A DNA stretch of 57,614 nucleotides, counting the filler, from Sphacelaria rigidula (Eukaryota): assembly GCA_964200075.2 (NCBI GenBank). It is 7 parts of 7 records of this genome, joined end to end, with 100 filler letters (N's around TTAATTAATTAA, not from the genome) between each part and the next. Parts side by side here need not be neighbours in the genome. Positions count along the whole stretch, not along the records: positions 1 to 8,145 come from CAXNAA020012128.1; positions 8,246 to 16,390 come from CAXNAA020012129.1; 5 more parts are not named here. One strand, given 5' to 3'. Of the stretch, positions 1 to 13,496 are shown in pieces. How positions within the stretch are numbered: the first letter of the stretch is position 1; the number at the start of each line of letters is the position of its first letter. Both the position numbers and the translations under genes were made by a program. Under the pieces are notes generated by a model. The model searched no databases. It had not been told where the DNA came from and was given only the letters and a program-made list of their open reading frames with translations.

Positions 1-23
1 GATTCATTCACTGATTGACCGCT

Positions 24-72
24 TTTCACTCTCAATCGTATCATCTACTCTCAATCTCACGAAAACACTGTT
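24..72 (+). repeat. Dispersed repeat family A fragment
   Basis: TTTCACTCTCAATCGTATCATCTACTCTCAATCTCACGAAAACACTGTT recurs identically at 49471-49519 and in diverged form at ~34302-34346. Confidence 0.8.
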
Positions 73-105
73 TAAGGCAAGCAACAAATGAGTACGCCCC
101 TCCCC
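73..105 (-). repeat. Dispersed repeat family B (poly-G + CGTACTCATTTGTTGCTTGCCTTA)
   Basis: Reverse complement of the motif at 8081-8141, 14250-14314 and 16341-16390. Confidence 0.8.
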
Positions 106-354
106 TGGCTCCCTTTCGGACGCAAAATAACACAGATGGACAAAAAATAGTGCTACGAGCTGGACCAGCAGTAAAACCCGCATTTGCATGTCACACCATA
201 AGTTATCAACTTTACCAAATCAGTCCGGCTTGAGAGCATAGTGGTGTGACCTGCAGACCAACGTGGAAACGCACGGGACCGCTGCTGAATGAAAAAACAA
301 TGAAAAAATGAACTGCATAATGTGTCACCTAACCGACGGAACAAAAAAACGAAT

Positions 355-433
355 CCGTTGGGATTTGAACTCGTGACCTCCATCACTGGCGTCAATTGCG
401 TCATTTGAATTATTTGAGCGCAGCCGTGCCAGA
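355..433 (-). mobile_element. Degenerate tRNA-like SINE head
   Basis: The minus strand has a B-box-like GAGTTCAAATCCC. The A box is weak and no full cloverleaf is evident. Confidence 0.35.
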
Positions 434-2399
434 CGAAAAGTTGGATGCTGCGCCAAATTTCTTGAAGTTTTGGCCGCAATTACACCAGGATCTTCTCCAC
501 TGAAGGACGCAACAACTGCAGTCGGGATGTCCACATATTTTTGTTTTTCATGGAGTTACAACATTTTTATAGTCTTTGAAGAAACTTCAAATCGCTTCAG
601 CTGCATGTTTTTGTTTTTTTTCTTGGCATCCCCATGAAGGTTGTGCGTAGTGACACTAAAAATGTTGTGTCAAAGTTTTAGCACCCAACGCTTCGCATTA
701 CCCACCGCCCGGCCCGGATACATTCGCAAACCCCTGTCAACTGACCCAGCTCGCACAGTATTTTTTTGCGTTGTTTGCCATGAGAACTGAACTTAGAGGC
801 GGAGGGGTCACGGCCTCGCTGACGACAGTATGCGTGTATGTGTGTACGAAATGTTTTGGGCAGCGACCTCGCGCGCCACCGCAGCTATAACGTCATGTAC
901 ATGTTTAAACCATATTCTCTGCCGATCGGCAACGCTGTTGCGTCCACGGAAGAGTGTGGGAGAATATATCTACGACTGCGAACACACCTAAACGCGGCGC
1001 AATTACCGACCTAAACGCGGCGCAATTGTTGCCGGCTTATTTTGGATACCGGCTTCCTTTGTATCTGATGCGCTTTTCCACCGTATCTCATGTGTCCCAA
1101 CTCCCAACACCCCGCACCGAGATGGCAATATCAATACACACAGCAGCTGCAGCGACAAATCAAGTTCATCTGTGTAGTTAAGACGCATATCTATCAGCCC
1201 TCGACAGTGCGGCTGAGCATACCCTTGCCTCACATGGAAATGTTGACGTATAGTAATGTTCGTCTATTATTGCGATTTCCACACGATCCCGATAATTAAT
1301 TGGTGCGATTTTGATGTTAAGCAATGGTTATTAGCACTTATTACCTATCTCTTGAGTTTCAGCTGGCTGGCATTTGTGCAGCGCGAGTAATTTGCGATCG
1401 CGTGTTGGTTGGTCATATTGGAAAATGACTTTTGGGCTTGTAGTCTACAGGTTTCGTCGCCTTTTTTCCCAGTCATCCGCCGACCGTTTGTGTGCTGAAA
1501 AAAGGCGGAGGGGAAGCTTAGGATAAGTACTACACCTGTGCGGCACCATAGCTGTCATTGTTTTGCCCTGTCGACTATTTTCACCCCACCAAATCGCGTT
1601 TTGGGGGTGGTGGTGAAAAATCTGACACTAAAGTGGGCGAAACACTGATCGGGTGCAGAAGAGCACACTGGAAAATGACGTCTTGGCTTGTACATAATAG
1701 CGATCTATCTGAGCTGCATTGGGAGGGATATCCATCGCTGGTTTGGGTGCTGTACCGAGTGGAAATAAGCCAGACTTCTACGAGGACATGGATCCCGATA
1801 CTTACTACAGCTGTACATAACAGTTGTTGTCATTTTTGGCTTTACCCACTTCTTTGACTCCATCGCGTCGTACGCTTGGGGTGGTGGTGAAAAACGTGAC
1901 ACTAAATCGGGTGTGGTGCCGCCTCTCCATGCGTTACCCCATATCCGCTACGACGAGTCGTACAGTAGTTTTTGTTTGCCAACACACGGCACAGGATATC
2001 AGCAATACATATAGATACGTAGAGGACCATCTTCAGCAAGAGCGAACATACCCTTCAGCGTGAAGGGGTGCCTCGGCATACGAATCAAGTCTGCGCTGCA
2101 GCCTGTCTCGGCGAGCACGGCAGATATCCAACTCTGACTTGGACTTGAGGATGCCCGTACCTACTTCACATGGCCTACCTTGACGTGCGTCATCCAAAAC
2201 CCCGGGCATCCGACGGCTGACCGAAAGGGTCGTGTAGGAAAGGTGCTATTTAAAGGGCTCATACTCTGCGACAGCGATGGCGATCGGCGGCCATTAACGG
2301 GTGAGAAGATGCCACTTCACTTGCTTCTTGTGTTGCGAGAGAAAAACCACGAGCTGTCTTCCTGTCGCTACAAGTATCGTTTGCAGACATGGGCTGCAC

Positions 2400-3540
2400 T
2401 AGAACAGTGGTACGCGCAGCATCGACTCCCGCACGTTACTACAGAGGTATGCAATGAAAGGTGGTAGACTTCAAGCGAGTTGGGCGACCCCGAAGCGTGG
2501 CTCATGTTGTAGTGAAGGAAGCAGTTTCGGCGGCTGGCAAAGGCAGGTGCATGCTGGTGATTAGTTTCGTTCTGGATCTTGAGTGAAGACAGCAGAATAT
2601 TCGGCAGAGTTCACGCGACTCAAGCTCTCCAAACATATTGTTGAGCATTTCTTGGTTTTTATGAACCGGTGTTGTTACTTTAAACGATATGAAGCCGGCG
2701 GTATTTTCGAAGGCTAGATGTCCGGCGTCTGATGATGCTCGCACTTCACATATGTGTAGGTTGATACCGAAGGTAGGTGTTGACGGAACGGTATCGGTTA
2801 CCCGAGGTGTTTCGTGCGCTGGGTGGCTTGAAAGGATGTACTGTGGGGACAAATCACGGTTTATACGAGTTGGCTCCTCATGACATGACAGGAGTAAACC
2901 TGTATCCAAGTGTTGGTCCCGCAAACACCCGACGGTGAATAAAATATGCAGTACAGTCATCTCAACCGCATACTGATTGGGAGAAAAGTACGACTGATGC
3001 AAGGCCCATGTCATGGCAGGATTCAACGACGTGCCGACTCTTCGTCCCGCACGGAGGCATACGCATGACATAGATGTAGATGCCATTCACGCCTCATGGT
3101 AAGAGTGGGTGGCATGTACAATCGATCTATTCCGCATTTTCCTACAGGGGGTTAACATGTGTCCATGATCTACCCCTTATGACCTGGAGGTAGGAAACGG
3201 GTACCGTTGACGGTGTACCGCAGGACACAATAGCTCGAAACCTGTATGAATTACACGTGATGTACGACTCGTATGATTTATTCGTTGGGGATGACGAACA
3301 TGAGTTGAATAATGATTTTATTTGTCCTAACCGTGAAAGGATAACTATACACGATGCTGGAACTCATTTCGGAACATTTTTCAGTTCAGGAATACACTTG
3401 TACAGAGGGCGATATCAAATCGGTGAGGAGGCAGCGGCAGATCTTACCAGCATGGTCGTCTTACTCGGTCCGCTTATCGGTCGATGCTCGCAGTACAAAT
3501 ATAAATATACCAACTACCATCAGGTTTCTTCATATCTTCG
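2400..3540 (-). pseudogene. Possible highly decayed Ty3/Gypsy reverse transcriptase remnant
   Basis: The minus strand has KKPDGSW (~3510-3530), then RMP (3063-3055) and xDDC (2961-2953) in frame 34 codons apart. The order matches Gypsy RT but there are many stops. Confidence 0.25.
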
Positions 3541-3889
3541 AGGTTGCTGCCGTGAGGTATTTACACCGTCTCGTGTTGGACGTGCATGGCCGTACAGTCG
3601 AGTCGAACAGAAGAGCGTCCTAGCCCAAGGACCACTGTGCAGCTGCTCAGAAGGGGGCAATATCCCCTTGCAGACAGTACCAGAGCTCGCGGCCCAATAT
3701 CGCAACAGACTAACCACGAGAGGGGTGGTTGCTGTTATTGCCTTCTGCTCTTAGAATCAGCCACAATTTTCCTCGATGGTGCTCCAACATGATCTTCAGC
3801 TTTCTCCGATGTTCACCTGCTCGACATCTCAACATGCGATTATACAAATGGAGGGTAGTTTTTTTTCAAGATGGACCTTGGCAACCTTT

Positions 3890-4370
3890 GGACCATTTTC
3901 GTACGGCTCGTACCCTTTGGGGATCGTATTTTCCACTTCTGGGACTTTTGACACGGCCTTTGCCCCCCCAAACAGGGGATATCGCCATCATACAGTACGC
4001 CTTGCAAAATTCACATTGCCCCACCGAGAGGAGTCTTGCCCACTTTTCATATTCGCTTGACTCCGAGGTTATAGAATTGGCCTCAGGAGAAAAACACGGC
4101 TGAAGGGAGACGGTGTCTGCAGATATTGTTAAACTAGAAGCTACCCGCAGGTATTGCATTTTCTCTCAGCCGTATTTCTGTTCAGAGGCCGCTCTCGAAA
4201 CCTCGGAGCCAAGCGAATCTGAAACGTGGGCTAGACTTCTCTCGGTGGGGCAACGCAAAGTAACCAAGGCAAATAATGGCGACATTTCCTGGTTGGGGGC
4301 CAATAACGCCTAAAAAATCCCAAAAGTGGATAATACAACCCCCAAAAGAATCGAACCGTAAGAAGCGATC
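3890..4370. mobile_element. Foldback/MITE-like element with ~220 bp degenerate inverted arms
   Basis: For example CATTGCCCCACCGAGAGGAGTC...CTCCGAGGTT (4014-4070) is the reverse complement, with mismatches, of AACCTCGGAG...GACTTCTCTCGGTGGGGCAACG (4199-4255). Confidence 0.65.
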
Positions 4371-7300
4371 TCACAAGCATCGAAAATTCGAAAAAAAGGC
4401 AATTGCACTATTCGGCCGTGGTGTGCGTGCCACTCATCCCCCCCAAAATCAGTCGGTGATTTCTAGAAATCCCGTGTTGTTTGTGAATTTTGTTAACCTT
4501 TTCAGGTGCTCTCAGAGTGCGACAGAGAACAATTTTAATTTGAAAGGATTGATGGCGGGTATTCCAGCCCTGCCGAGGAGTGGTTCGCGTCGTACAGTCA
4601 GTACAATGCTGCCGGCTCGAAGCAGCAGTGCGAACCTGGTTGTGACTTCGACGCGCATGGTACGTTTCGCACATTGAGCTCTTCTTCCTTCCCACACAAT
4701 GACTTGCATCCTTTGCCATCCGGGTGCCTCAGCCACCGACGTTGTCTGCAGCGCCAGCTTCCCGTACTGATGAGGACACCTTTCTCCCAAGGCCGTGTGC
4801 TTATCTAGTCGCAGCACTTTGCACGCCGCGGGGCATGGCTACTTGACATGCAACCCCCGCGTTAGGATTTATTATGCACCAAAAGGTCTCCGTAAGATCG
4901 AAAAGAGACCAAACTGGAACATGATCATATATATATATATATATAATCGGATTTTGACAGGGCTCACAGTCCCAAGAAGTGTCCGCCCAGTGCGTTCCGC
5001 ACGGGTCTTGGGCCAAACTCGCGAATAACTCCCCCCAAACATCGTAGAATAACCCGAAGTAGAAAGGAAGCGCAAAGTTGACGCACACCTATACGCATAT
5101 CCGTTAAAAACACTTCTTCTCCGATATCCTCGTGAGGGTGCACCACGTTTTGTCGGTGCTGTCTAGGGGGCACATACGGGATCGTTAAGGCTACGTTTTT
5201 GAGATTTTCGAGTCCAGCACATTGAAAAACTCATCATGACCCCCAGAGTTCGATAGGTGGCGCGCACTATAATAGTGTGTAAACTACATCGGGCAACTTG
5301 GATTGGGGCGGGGGATGCTTGGTGGTGCAGGGGACGAGAAAATGGCAATCCGTGGAGTGGTTCCCACCCGTGATTTTGGGGTTGTATCCACCGTTTTGTC
5401 CTATAGCGTGCGAATGGCAATGCGTTTGAGCGACAAACAAGCAATCTTCGAATTATCGATATATGAAGAAAATGGAAAAACAAAGCGTTCCTTACCCCGA
5501 GGATCTAATGCACGCACCCCTCCCGAAAACCATGGTGCCACGGGTGGTATCTATCGTTTCGGCGAGTCACAGACGAATGTCGATGCACCCAAGCACACGA
5601 GCGCGTCGATGGGACGTCTACAAAGTCAAGTGTTTATCTCCGACTCCCCTTTTCTACCCACCCTGGGATCAAACCGCTCTTTCCCCTTCCCGAACAGGAT
5701 GGGAAGGTTATCTACCATCTGGCTAGTGGCATTGCATTCACAGACAAATGGCGATGTCTCTGAACACGCGGAAGGCATCGTTAAAACATACCCACCCCAT
5801 CCTGCCGCTCTATGGCCGTTTCTTCCCTCCATTGTCTTTCTCAGGGACGAAGTCAACTCATCCCCTCCGCGAGCAGTATCAGCAGGAAGAGATATTCCTA
5901 TTCGACGTGTTAGCCATTCGCGGCCGGACAAAATATGAATCTCAGCTCGTGACCGACATAGACAGAAGGTCTAGAATCTACGGTAACTAGCAATACGTTT
6001 TGTCTTCCTTAAATGGACTGCAGACACCCCGGGGAAGGTATTCCACCATTACCCCTCCCTAAGTACACGCAATTGTCATTACCTACAGTCGGAGCCTGTT
6101 GACATACAAGTGGCGATGCCCCTTAAAACGTGACAAGTATCGTCGAACGTATTCACCCTACTCTACTGCTTAGGACTCTTCCCGCCCCCCACTCCCTTTC
6201 CCGAGGTTAGAATCAACGTACTCCCTTGCAGAACGCTCTCAGTGGGAAGGAAGATGTCATCCGACATGATAGCCATTTGCGGCTAGACAACAATGAATCT
6301 GTACAGGCCACACAGGTCACAATGAGCTGCATCCTGCTGAGATTGTTTGGCCCGAAGCATGCTGATTATTTTGCATGTGGATAATAGCCTCTAATAAGTA
6401 GCTGCATTTTCTGGTATCACCACTGCCAGAGACAGCCACGGGTAACACACTGGCCCATGGGTGTTTCACCATGATGTGGAGGGGGAGGGGGTGTTTTGTT
6501 TAGTTTTGCGTTTTCGATTAACGGGTCTGGTGGACGGGCGGGGGGTTTCGTTCTCCTGAGGCTTTCGTTTCAAGGAGACCACGGATGAAACGAAATCTGT
6601 AAAATATCCGGCAGAAATGAGAACAATCAGACATGTGCCCGAAAATAGAAGAAACCAAATTACGGTGAACGGGACAAAATGAGGAAAATGAGATATGCGG
6701 TCGAATCCGGAAATAAGGTCTTCTTGAAGCGCTTCCTGATGAAGATTTTCAAATCGGTCGCAAACTCCTTTGCGTCGTTGGCATCACAGGCAGGCAGCGC
6801 CCAGGAGTATGTAGCGGGTTACACCGTCAGCTTCGAGTCAGTCTCGATCGCAGAGCCGTTCTCAACCACCACGCAACCCCCTCGATCAGGTACGTTATTA
6901 GAAACTACTGGAGATGGCACATGTATATATATATTATATATATATATGCATATACAAGGGTTTTGGCGGCTTACGCCGCCACGCCTAGTGGATCGACTTC
7001 CAAGCTACACAAGCACCGGAGATGGCCGTAGGCATTGCGTCATGGCACATCTCATGGTGTTGAAAAAAAGGCGTAGCCTCTCATCAGCTGAGGACGTTGT
7101 GTGTGACCTTGCACAACCCTGTCCAGACTTTTCAACGAAAGCCGACCCGAAAATGACGCAGATTCAATTGTTACGTAAAATGATGTCAATTCAAATCTGG
7201 AAACGGAGTAGAGTCGTTGTTTTCAGCGATTCGTCACCTACATTCTGATACAGTAAGCTTTTGTAAAGCTAGTGCTTCTTCAGTGCCGAAACCTGATGCG

Positions 7301-8080
7301 CGTCACTCCGGCACTGGATACGCAAACAAACGCCGAAGAACACGTGGGACGCAAGAAACCACCACCATTTCCCAGACATTTCGCATAGCAGTCGCTCCAG
7401 CTATCTTCAGAGGGAAAATCACGCTGAATGTCGTCACGGGGGCAACAGCAACTGTATTTATACTAGGGCTGTGAACTGGACCAGTTTGTACTGGCAGTTA
7501 AACTGGAACTGGAGTTTAACTGGAACTGGTGATCAGGACTCCAGTTTATCCAGTTTATTTGAAGTTTGCCGTTACCGGCTATGTTCATACCATTTTTAGT
7601 ATGGTTATTTTATAACAAAGATGTTCACATGATCACGAAGAAATAACAGTAGAATTGGGGTCTGCACCTGACAACAGTTCAGGTACAGACAGCACAGTAC
7701 AGTACTCATCGTCACTACACCTCGAAGTGATGCTGCGGATATATGCCAGGTTTGTCGTTCCATAGAACGACATCCGGAACCAAAAATAGCAAGCAAACGG
7801 TGATCCGCGACCACAAAATACAAAGTACACCATGGCTTTCAATTCAAGTGCATGCGTGCTTGTGGGGCCCGATGTGAATCATTTTGCGCTCTTATCCCCG
7901 CGTGTTGCTAGCCTTGGCTTACTTGCATCCTCCTCTACTCACGGAGAGTCTGCTGCTTCAAATTACAGATGAATGGTTTTCGAATTGCTCACCGCTTTGA
8001 ACTAGATTTGAATGTCATCCGAGAGTGCCGAAAAAAGAATCCGAGACCCTATGCCCCTTTTTTTAATGCTGGAGTTTTTT

Positions 8081-8141
8081 GGGGGGGGGGGCGTACTCAT
8101 TTGTTGCTTGCCTTAGTCATTTGACCATTGACCACGCATCC
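8081..8141 (+). repeat. Dispersed repeat family B at a contig end
   Basis: G-run followed by CGTACTCATTTGTTGCTTGCCTTAGTCATTTGACCATTGACCACGCAT, matching 14250-14314 and 16341-16390. Confidence 0.85.
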
Positions 8142-8145
8142 CTTT

Positions 8146-8245
8146 NNNNNNNNNNNNNNNNNNNNNNNNNNNNNNNNNNNNNNNNNNNNTTAATTAATTA
8201 ANNNNNNNNNNNNNNNNNNNNNNNNNNNNNNNNNNNNNNNNNNNN
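8146..8245. other. Artificial 100-nt contig linker
   Basis: N-run containing TTAATTAATTAA (stops in all six frames). Confidence 0.97.
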
Positions 8246-8315
8246 GAATCGAACCCCCCAACTCAACCATCAGAAGGTTACGAGGTTACCAACTGAGCCA
8301 CCGGGGCGACCGGCT
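8246..8315 (-). mobile_element. tRNA-derived SINE head (Pol III A/B boxes), cut by the contig edge
   Basis: The minus strand reads ...GGTGGCTCAGTTGG (A box)...GGTTCGATTC (B box). No normal anticodon arm is visible. Confidence 0.6.
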
Positions 8316-9761
8316 ACGTATATGATCTGCAATTGAGTTCAGGGGATGTTCCCCGTCTGGCACATGTCAACAGGCACGCGGATGTGTCACTGAATATATC
8401 GTCAGTATAGCGGTACCTTGCATCCAGCAAATAAATCATATATTGGATCTTGTGTCTTGCCCCCCAGGGTCCTAGTCACCGCGGTCATGGTAGACTACAA
8501 CGCCGGCGATGATCATCTCATTTGACTCAACGTTCCCAAGAGGGAGTGATATTTTTTTCTAAACATGCCAGTTGTCGACAAATCTCGAAGCTGGTACGTT
8601 TATCTGTCGTTGAAAGTTGCGCTACGCGTGAACATGCAGCTACGTTGCGAGAATTCATGGTGAATGACAGTCCTTAACACCCGGGGTGTTATCCCCCGTC
8701 TCTGTTTTGGGGTTATGCCATACCCCTGTATCTTGTGTCTGGCGTCTTATTCCCTCTCGTTTACTGAACAGTGCTGTAAATGTACAGATAGTGTGAATGA
8801 TGTCAACATCATCTGTGTATTTCAGTCGATTGTGGGGCAACTTCTGCCTGACCCAATAATATCGCAGCCGGTCACCACGAGTGTAGATACAGACAACCGT
8901 ACAATCCAAAAGCTTGCGGCTTACTGGACAGCGCAGGACGTACAGCCGCCGTCGGGTGTGCGAGGTACAGTATTGCGTCTTGCAAGTATGATCAATACTG
9001 CATCCGCGTATCTAGAGGTATGCATACGGCGACTTCTGCTACCCCCTGCATTTGTATTGCGTCTGCCGCGTTCAAGTGTACGATACCCGGTGAACCATTC
9101 CGTCAGACCCACGCGTCCAACGCTCTCCAGACCAAATACGACTCCTCGTCGTGCTGGATAATGACCCGCCCCACGACACCTGACTCCACTATACCCCTCC
9201 TCTCACGCGATGCATGCACGAACAGCAGCCGGAGACCCTGATGAAAACGCCGACAGTGACAGCAACGATAGCGCTCCCACTTCAGTACGCCCCCCGATGA
9301 CGGCATCGCTCGACGCTAAATCGCCGCGTGTGGGTACCGGGTGCTGCGGCAGCGACAGCACCACCGATACAACACCCGACGACAAAGTACCGACCAACAA
9401 CGGCGATCTCCTTATTGGTGGTGCATTGAACGACAACGCGACCCCCCCTTCTCCCAGCCACACCAGACTTCCCTCCCACGCGGGCAGCGACGACTTGAAT
9501 GATGACCAGGAGTTAGGTGGAGGCTGTGGCGGAGTTTCCGTATGCATGACCGTCAACGGACTGCGACGGAAGCGCGGAGCTGGACCCATGTATGTGTTCA
9601 TACTGTGAGCTTTTCCCAAGCTTCAAAGAAGTGGGGAAATGTGGCCGCTTGGTGTTCAGTTCACATGGTCGTAAGGAGTACAGTCTACTGTATGTGTTTT
9701 CAATCACGCTGCGCATGTAGAAAATGCGTGCGTGCATGAGTCCAGGGATTTTACAAACTGA

Positions 9762-9959
9762 GGCCGTGTCTTATCAAATTGTTTTCGTGTTTTCGTGTCG
9801 AAAACGTGCGGTCGAATCGAATTCCCTCGTTTCTGATTCGCCCACGCTCTTTTTTTTCTCAGATGGTTGAGAACATGGATGTCGTGGACGTATCAGGTGA
9901 GAGCAAATTCGATCCCGCCGTACGTTTTCGAGTCGAAAACAATCTGATAAGTCACGGCC
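9762..9959. mobile_element. Tourist/PIF-Harbinger-like MITE
   Basis: TIRs GGCCGTGTCTTATC / GATAAGTCACGGCC with a 3-bp TSD (TGA) on both sides. The same TIR occurs at 30036-30203. Confidence 0.8.
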
Positions 9960-10024
9960 TGAGATCAACTCTCATGTGCCGAAGAAGGAAAATCGCGTTG
10001 AAACGTCCATTATTTTACTCTTTT

Positions 10025-11252
10025 CTATCGTTTTTCGCCCTAAACGAGGGCGAGACGGGCGTTGACACCTTCGAATGACTTGATGTACTCCTTGAGACCG
10101 TTCCAGAGCGCCTTTGCGTTTTCCGTGGGTCACAGTTTCGTTTTTGACTAAACTTGCATTTCCTTTTTTGCATTTCCAATACGGGCCGTAATAATCGACA
10201 AATGAAAAATTCGGGAGAAGGTTTGAAATTTCGACAATCGCCTGAGGCTCATTATTATGTAGATCTATTGTTGCTGTTAGATATCTCATTGCAGATGGTG
10301 CTGATCTCGTCGTTTGCTTACCTTCGCCGGCAAAATAAAGGACAAGGTTATGCTACCTGCCCGTGAATGACGTTCATAACTGTGGTAAACATATTTCTCA
10401 CAACCTCTCTGTGACACGCGGGAGCAGTCTGACAGGCTAGGGCTTGGTCGACCGGCTCTCTCGGGATGCTGCAGCAGCACACAGGAGTAAAAATACCGAC
10501 TGTAGAAAGCCCCGTGCATACTGTAGATTGCAGCATGTTTGCTTTCTGTGAGTTGTATGCGACCAAATAAAACCACCAGCTATACACTGTTCAGACGGTG
10601 GGGTAGCGTACACTCGTAGCAGCACGACAGGCAAGTAAGTAGCTACTGGATTGCTTCTGCTCTTCACCATGTCTGTGCGCATGTGTGCAAACGACGACCA
10701 CCGTGCTTGACCACAACAGCTCCAACACCGCTGCCGGGGCACACACCGTCTAAGGAGATAGATACCGTCAACCCGCGGTGCGTTTTAGTCTACGACATAG
10801 CCCACGGTATCTCTAGCAAGGTTCCTGATGATTCTCGCATGCTTGCGAGCGCCACGGCGTGCGCCAAGGGCAGCTCTGCGGAGTATTGCGCTGCGGTTCG
10901 AAATAAAGGGGCGTTCGCCAAACGTCAAGGCTTGGCGAAAAAATCTAGCCGCTTCATTTTCGGAGAACGCCAAGCACAAGGGGCGAAAATGCCTAAAATT
11001 TTGGCGATCTCCAAAAACACTGTGTCGATAATAAAGGTCCTAACAAACGGTCAAGTTATCGAAAAACAGGGAGTAGACTGCCATTTCTTCAATTACTTGA
11101 CCGTTTGTTATTGGGAATGCAAGTTTGGTGAGAAACGAGATTGTGACCTACGGGAAACGCATAGGTGCTCTGGGACAATCTCTACGAGTACAGCAAGTCA
11201 TTCCAAGGTGTCAACATCCGCCTACTCCTCTCTTCGGGCGAAAAACGATAGA
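10025..11252. repeat. Inverted pair of ~140-bp repeat segments (10025-10163 and 11114-11252)
   Basis: GTTGACACCTTCGAATGACTTG... versus ...CAAGTCATTCCAAGGTGTCAAC. A third related segment lies at ~31085-31140. Confidence 0.7.
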
Positions 11253-11379
11253 GAAGGGTCAAGAATACACATTCAACATTTTGTTTTTTAATACATTAGA
11301 AGTAGCCTGATGAATATAAAAACGGTCAAGTGATGAAAAAAAAACGACAGTTTTCTTCCTGTTTCTTTATCACTTCCCT

Positions 11380-11720
11380 GTTCAGGAAGCGAAGAGAAGC
11401 GAACAGTTTACCCACTGAACTATTGAGCGCTCACTGGCTCAATGGGTAAACTGTTCGCTCGATCACTAGTTCAGTGGGTAAACTGTGCGCTTCCTGAACC
11501 AAAGATTTGCTGTGTGGTCCGTCCCAGCATGACACATCAATGATCTCCGGGGTCCCTTGCCCCTCGCAAGCCTCATTGTTCACAAACCAAACTCACACCT
11601 TCCACAATAGATCATGCCGGTCCTCGAGCCGCATATCTTTTGTCCAGGAAGCGAACAGCTTACTCATTGAACCAGTGAGCGCACACTAACTCAGTGGGTG
11701 AACTGTGCGCTTCCTGAACA
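11380..11720. repeat. Two short palindromic elements built on CAGTGGGTAAACTGTGCGCTTCCTGAAC
   Basis: The motif and its reverse complement recur at ~11380-11500 and ~11645-11720. Confidence 0.6.
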
Positions 11721-12497
11721 AGTGCAGCGAATCCCGACCCGATTCATCCTACTCCTACAGATTGTGTCACGTAAACGTTTCGCCTCCCCAAACCATGCAC
11801 GTTTGGGGGGGGGGGGGGGGGGGGGGGGAGAAAAAAGGGGGGGGGGGGGTGGAAAAAGAGGAGGAAGACCAAAAANNNNTCTCGTTTTTTTTTTTTTTTT
11901 TGTCTTTTTTTTTTTTTTTTTGTTGGGGGTTTGTGTGGGTTGTTGGTACCGTAAAAAGGGTCGATTGTTCGGAAAAAAACACGGAATTCCACAAACTGCG
12001 GGAGAATGTTGTTTTGAGGGTGATCAAGGCCACACATCACGGCCGGAGAGTGCATTTGCCCGTTTATTTCGTATCGAAGCCCATGAATTTCCTCAAGGTT
12101 CATCCTCAACAAGAACATCCACCCTCTTTTAATCCCGGGCCATTATGCTGACTTCGCGTGACACATTCTGTAGAGTGGGAGGAATGGGGTCGGGGTACAC
12201 TGCACTTGGGTCTAGTGGTGCACCTATCACCGATGAATATTTGGCGACAAGCTGCAGATAATAATGCCTGTGATTTCCTCCCTGCAGCATTTCCTGTGTA
12301 TACCCCCACGACCCACTGCCGCCCGGCGCACCCTGCCTCGTTTCAGAATACGGTAGACCAAAACAGCGCCAACAAAATATTGTTGTTGGCCTGGTCTCAA
12401 CAAGCATACCCTGTTCCACCGGACGTTCGTTACTTGTATGGATCATGGGATTTGACGTGTATCGCCCTTCCTTTGATTTTTGTTGTATTTTCCGCAG

Positions 12498-12701
12498 GTG
12501 TGCGCCGTGCGCGCTAGGCTGGGCCCCAGAGACCCACCGTTGTTGCCCGGCCAATACCTGAGCTCTGCTTGCACCACCGCCTCGCCTTCACCAGCGCCGC
12601 CCTCTCGCCCCAACGGGTTCTGCCTGTCGTCATTCGAATGTGGCGAGGTTCGAACCACCACCGGGCACGAGCCGATCGCGTCGGAGATGATTCTGTGGAA
12701 A
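12498..12701 (+). CDS. Candidate internal exon, product unknown
   Basis: Pyrimidine-rich acceptor TTTTCCGCAG and donor AA|GTAAGA enclose a 204-nt open frame (VCAVRARLG...TGHEPIASEMILWK). No family was recognised. Confidence 0.35.
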
Positions 12702-13496
12702 GTAAGACCGTCTGTGGTTGTGACAGGGGGACATGGGCGGTGGAGGAAGATGAGACCGGGCTATATTGATTTCCAAAGCCGTAGATGGTGTTGAACATTC
12801 CCGTTTGCCGAAATCACACTCCCGTAACATGTCGAGATGATATTCATGTATGGGGGGCAGTACTGGACCCAGAGCTGAATTGCCCCACACGCATGGGAGT
12901 GCATTTTAGAGTCGAACGCATTACCGTAGGTTCAAGATGCGTTTGGACTATTGAGCAAGAAACGTGCCTTCGTCCCACCCCTACCCCGGTCACACTGTCG
13001 TCGTCGACGGATAGGGAGAGAATATGACGACATACAACAATTTATCGACACTTTCTGATGAGCACATGAGGGAAGCTGTAGTCTCTTCCCCTCCGCACGC
13101 GTCAGCCGTTTTGGGCCCCTTTCCGGCCGTTGTATTGGCCAGCAGTGCCATCGTGCCCGAGAGACTTGGACAGTCTCAGGCATGAGTCTGGGACGTGATG
13201 TCGACCACTGTATGCGATTTCACTGAGCACGGACGTACAGCACAAATGCTTACGTCCACCGGTCAAGCGTTGTGCTGCACGTAATGTGCTCTCTCATGTA
13301 CGATACCGCAGTTGTACCAAGCCATATCCATCGTACGTTCACGTGTTCACCAATCCTGTCGACGCGAGTCGAAAACTCCTACGAGAACTCCTTGCTGGTC
13401 GAGATGGCGGTTGGATTCCACCCCTTCCCATTCCATGGGGCGGTTGGATTGCCCTTCGAGACAAGTATTTTCCTAGCAGGAGCGTACACATGTCAA

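Noticed and set aside
2502-3086. Roc/small-GTPase domain (STPTFGINL...DAGH)
   Set aside because: No P-loop or G4 motif is present, so the resemblance is probably chance.
8246-8315. Functional tRNA gene (also 45373-45443)
   Set aside because: A and B boxes are present but no convincing acceptor or anticodon stems; a SINE head fits better.
9210-9608. Acidic low-complexity ORF as a gene
   Set aside because: It could be an exon, but no family or partner exon could be supported.
11698-12151. Gly/Phe/Lys-rich ORFs
   Set aside because: They arise from homopolymer runs and Ns in low-quality sequence; similar cases occur at ~41030 and ~57150-57260.
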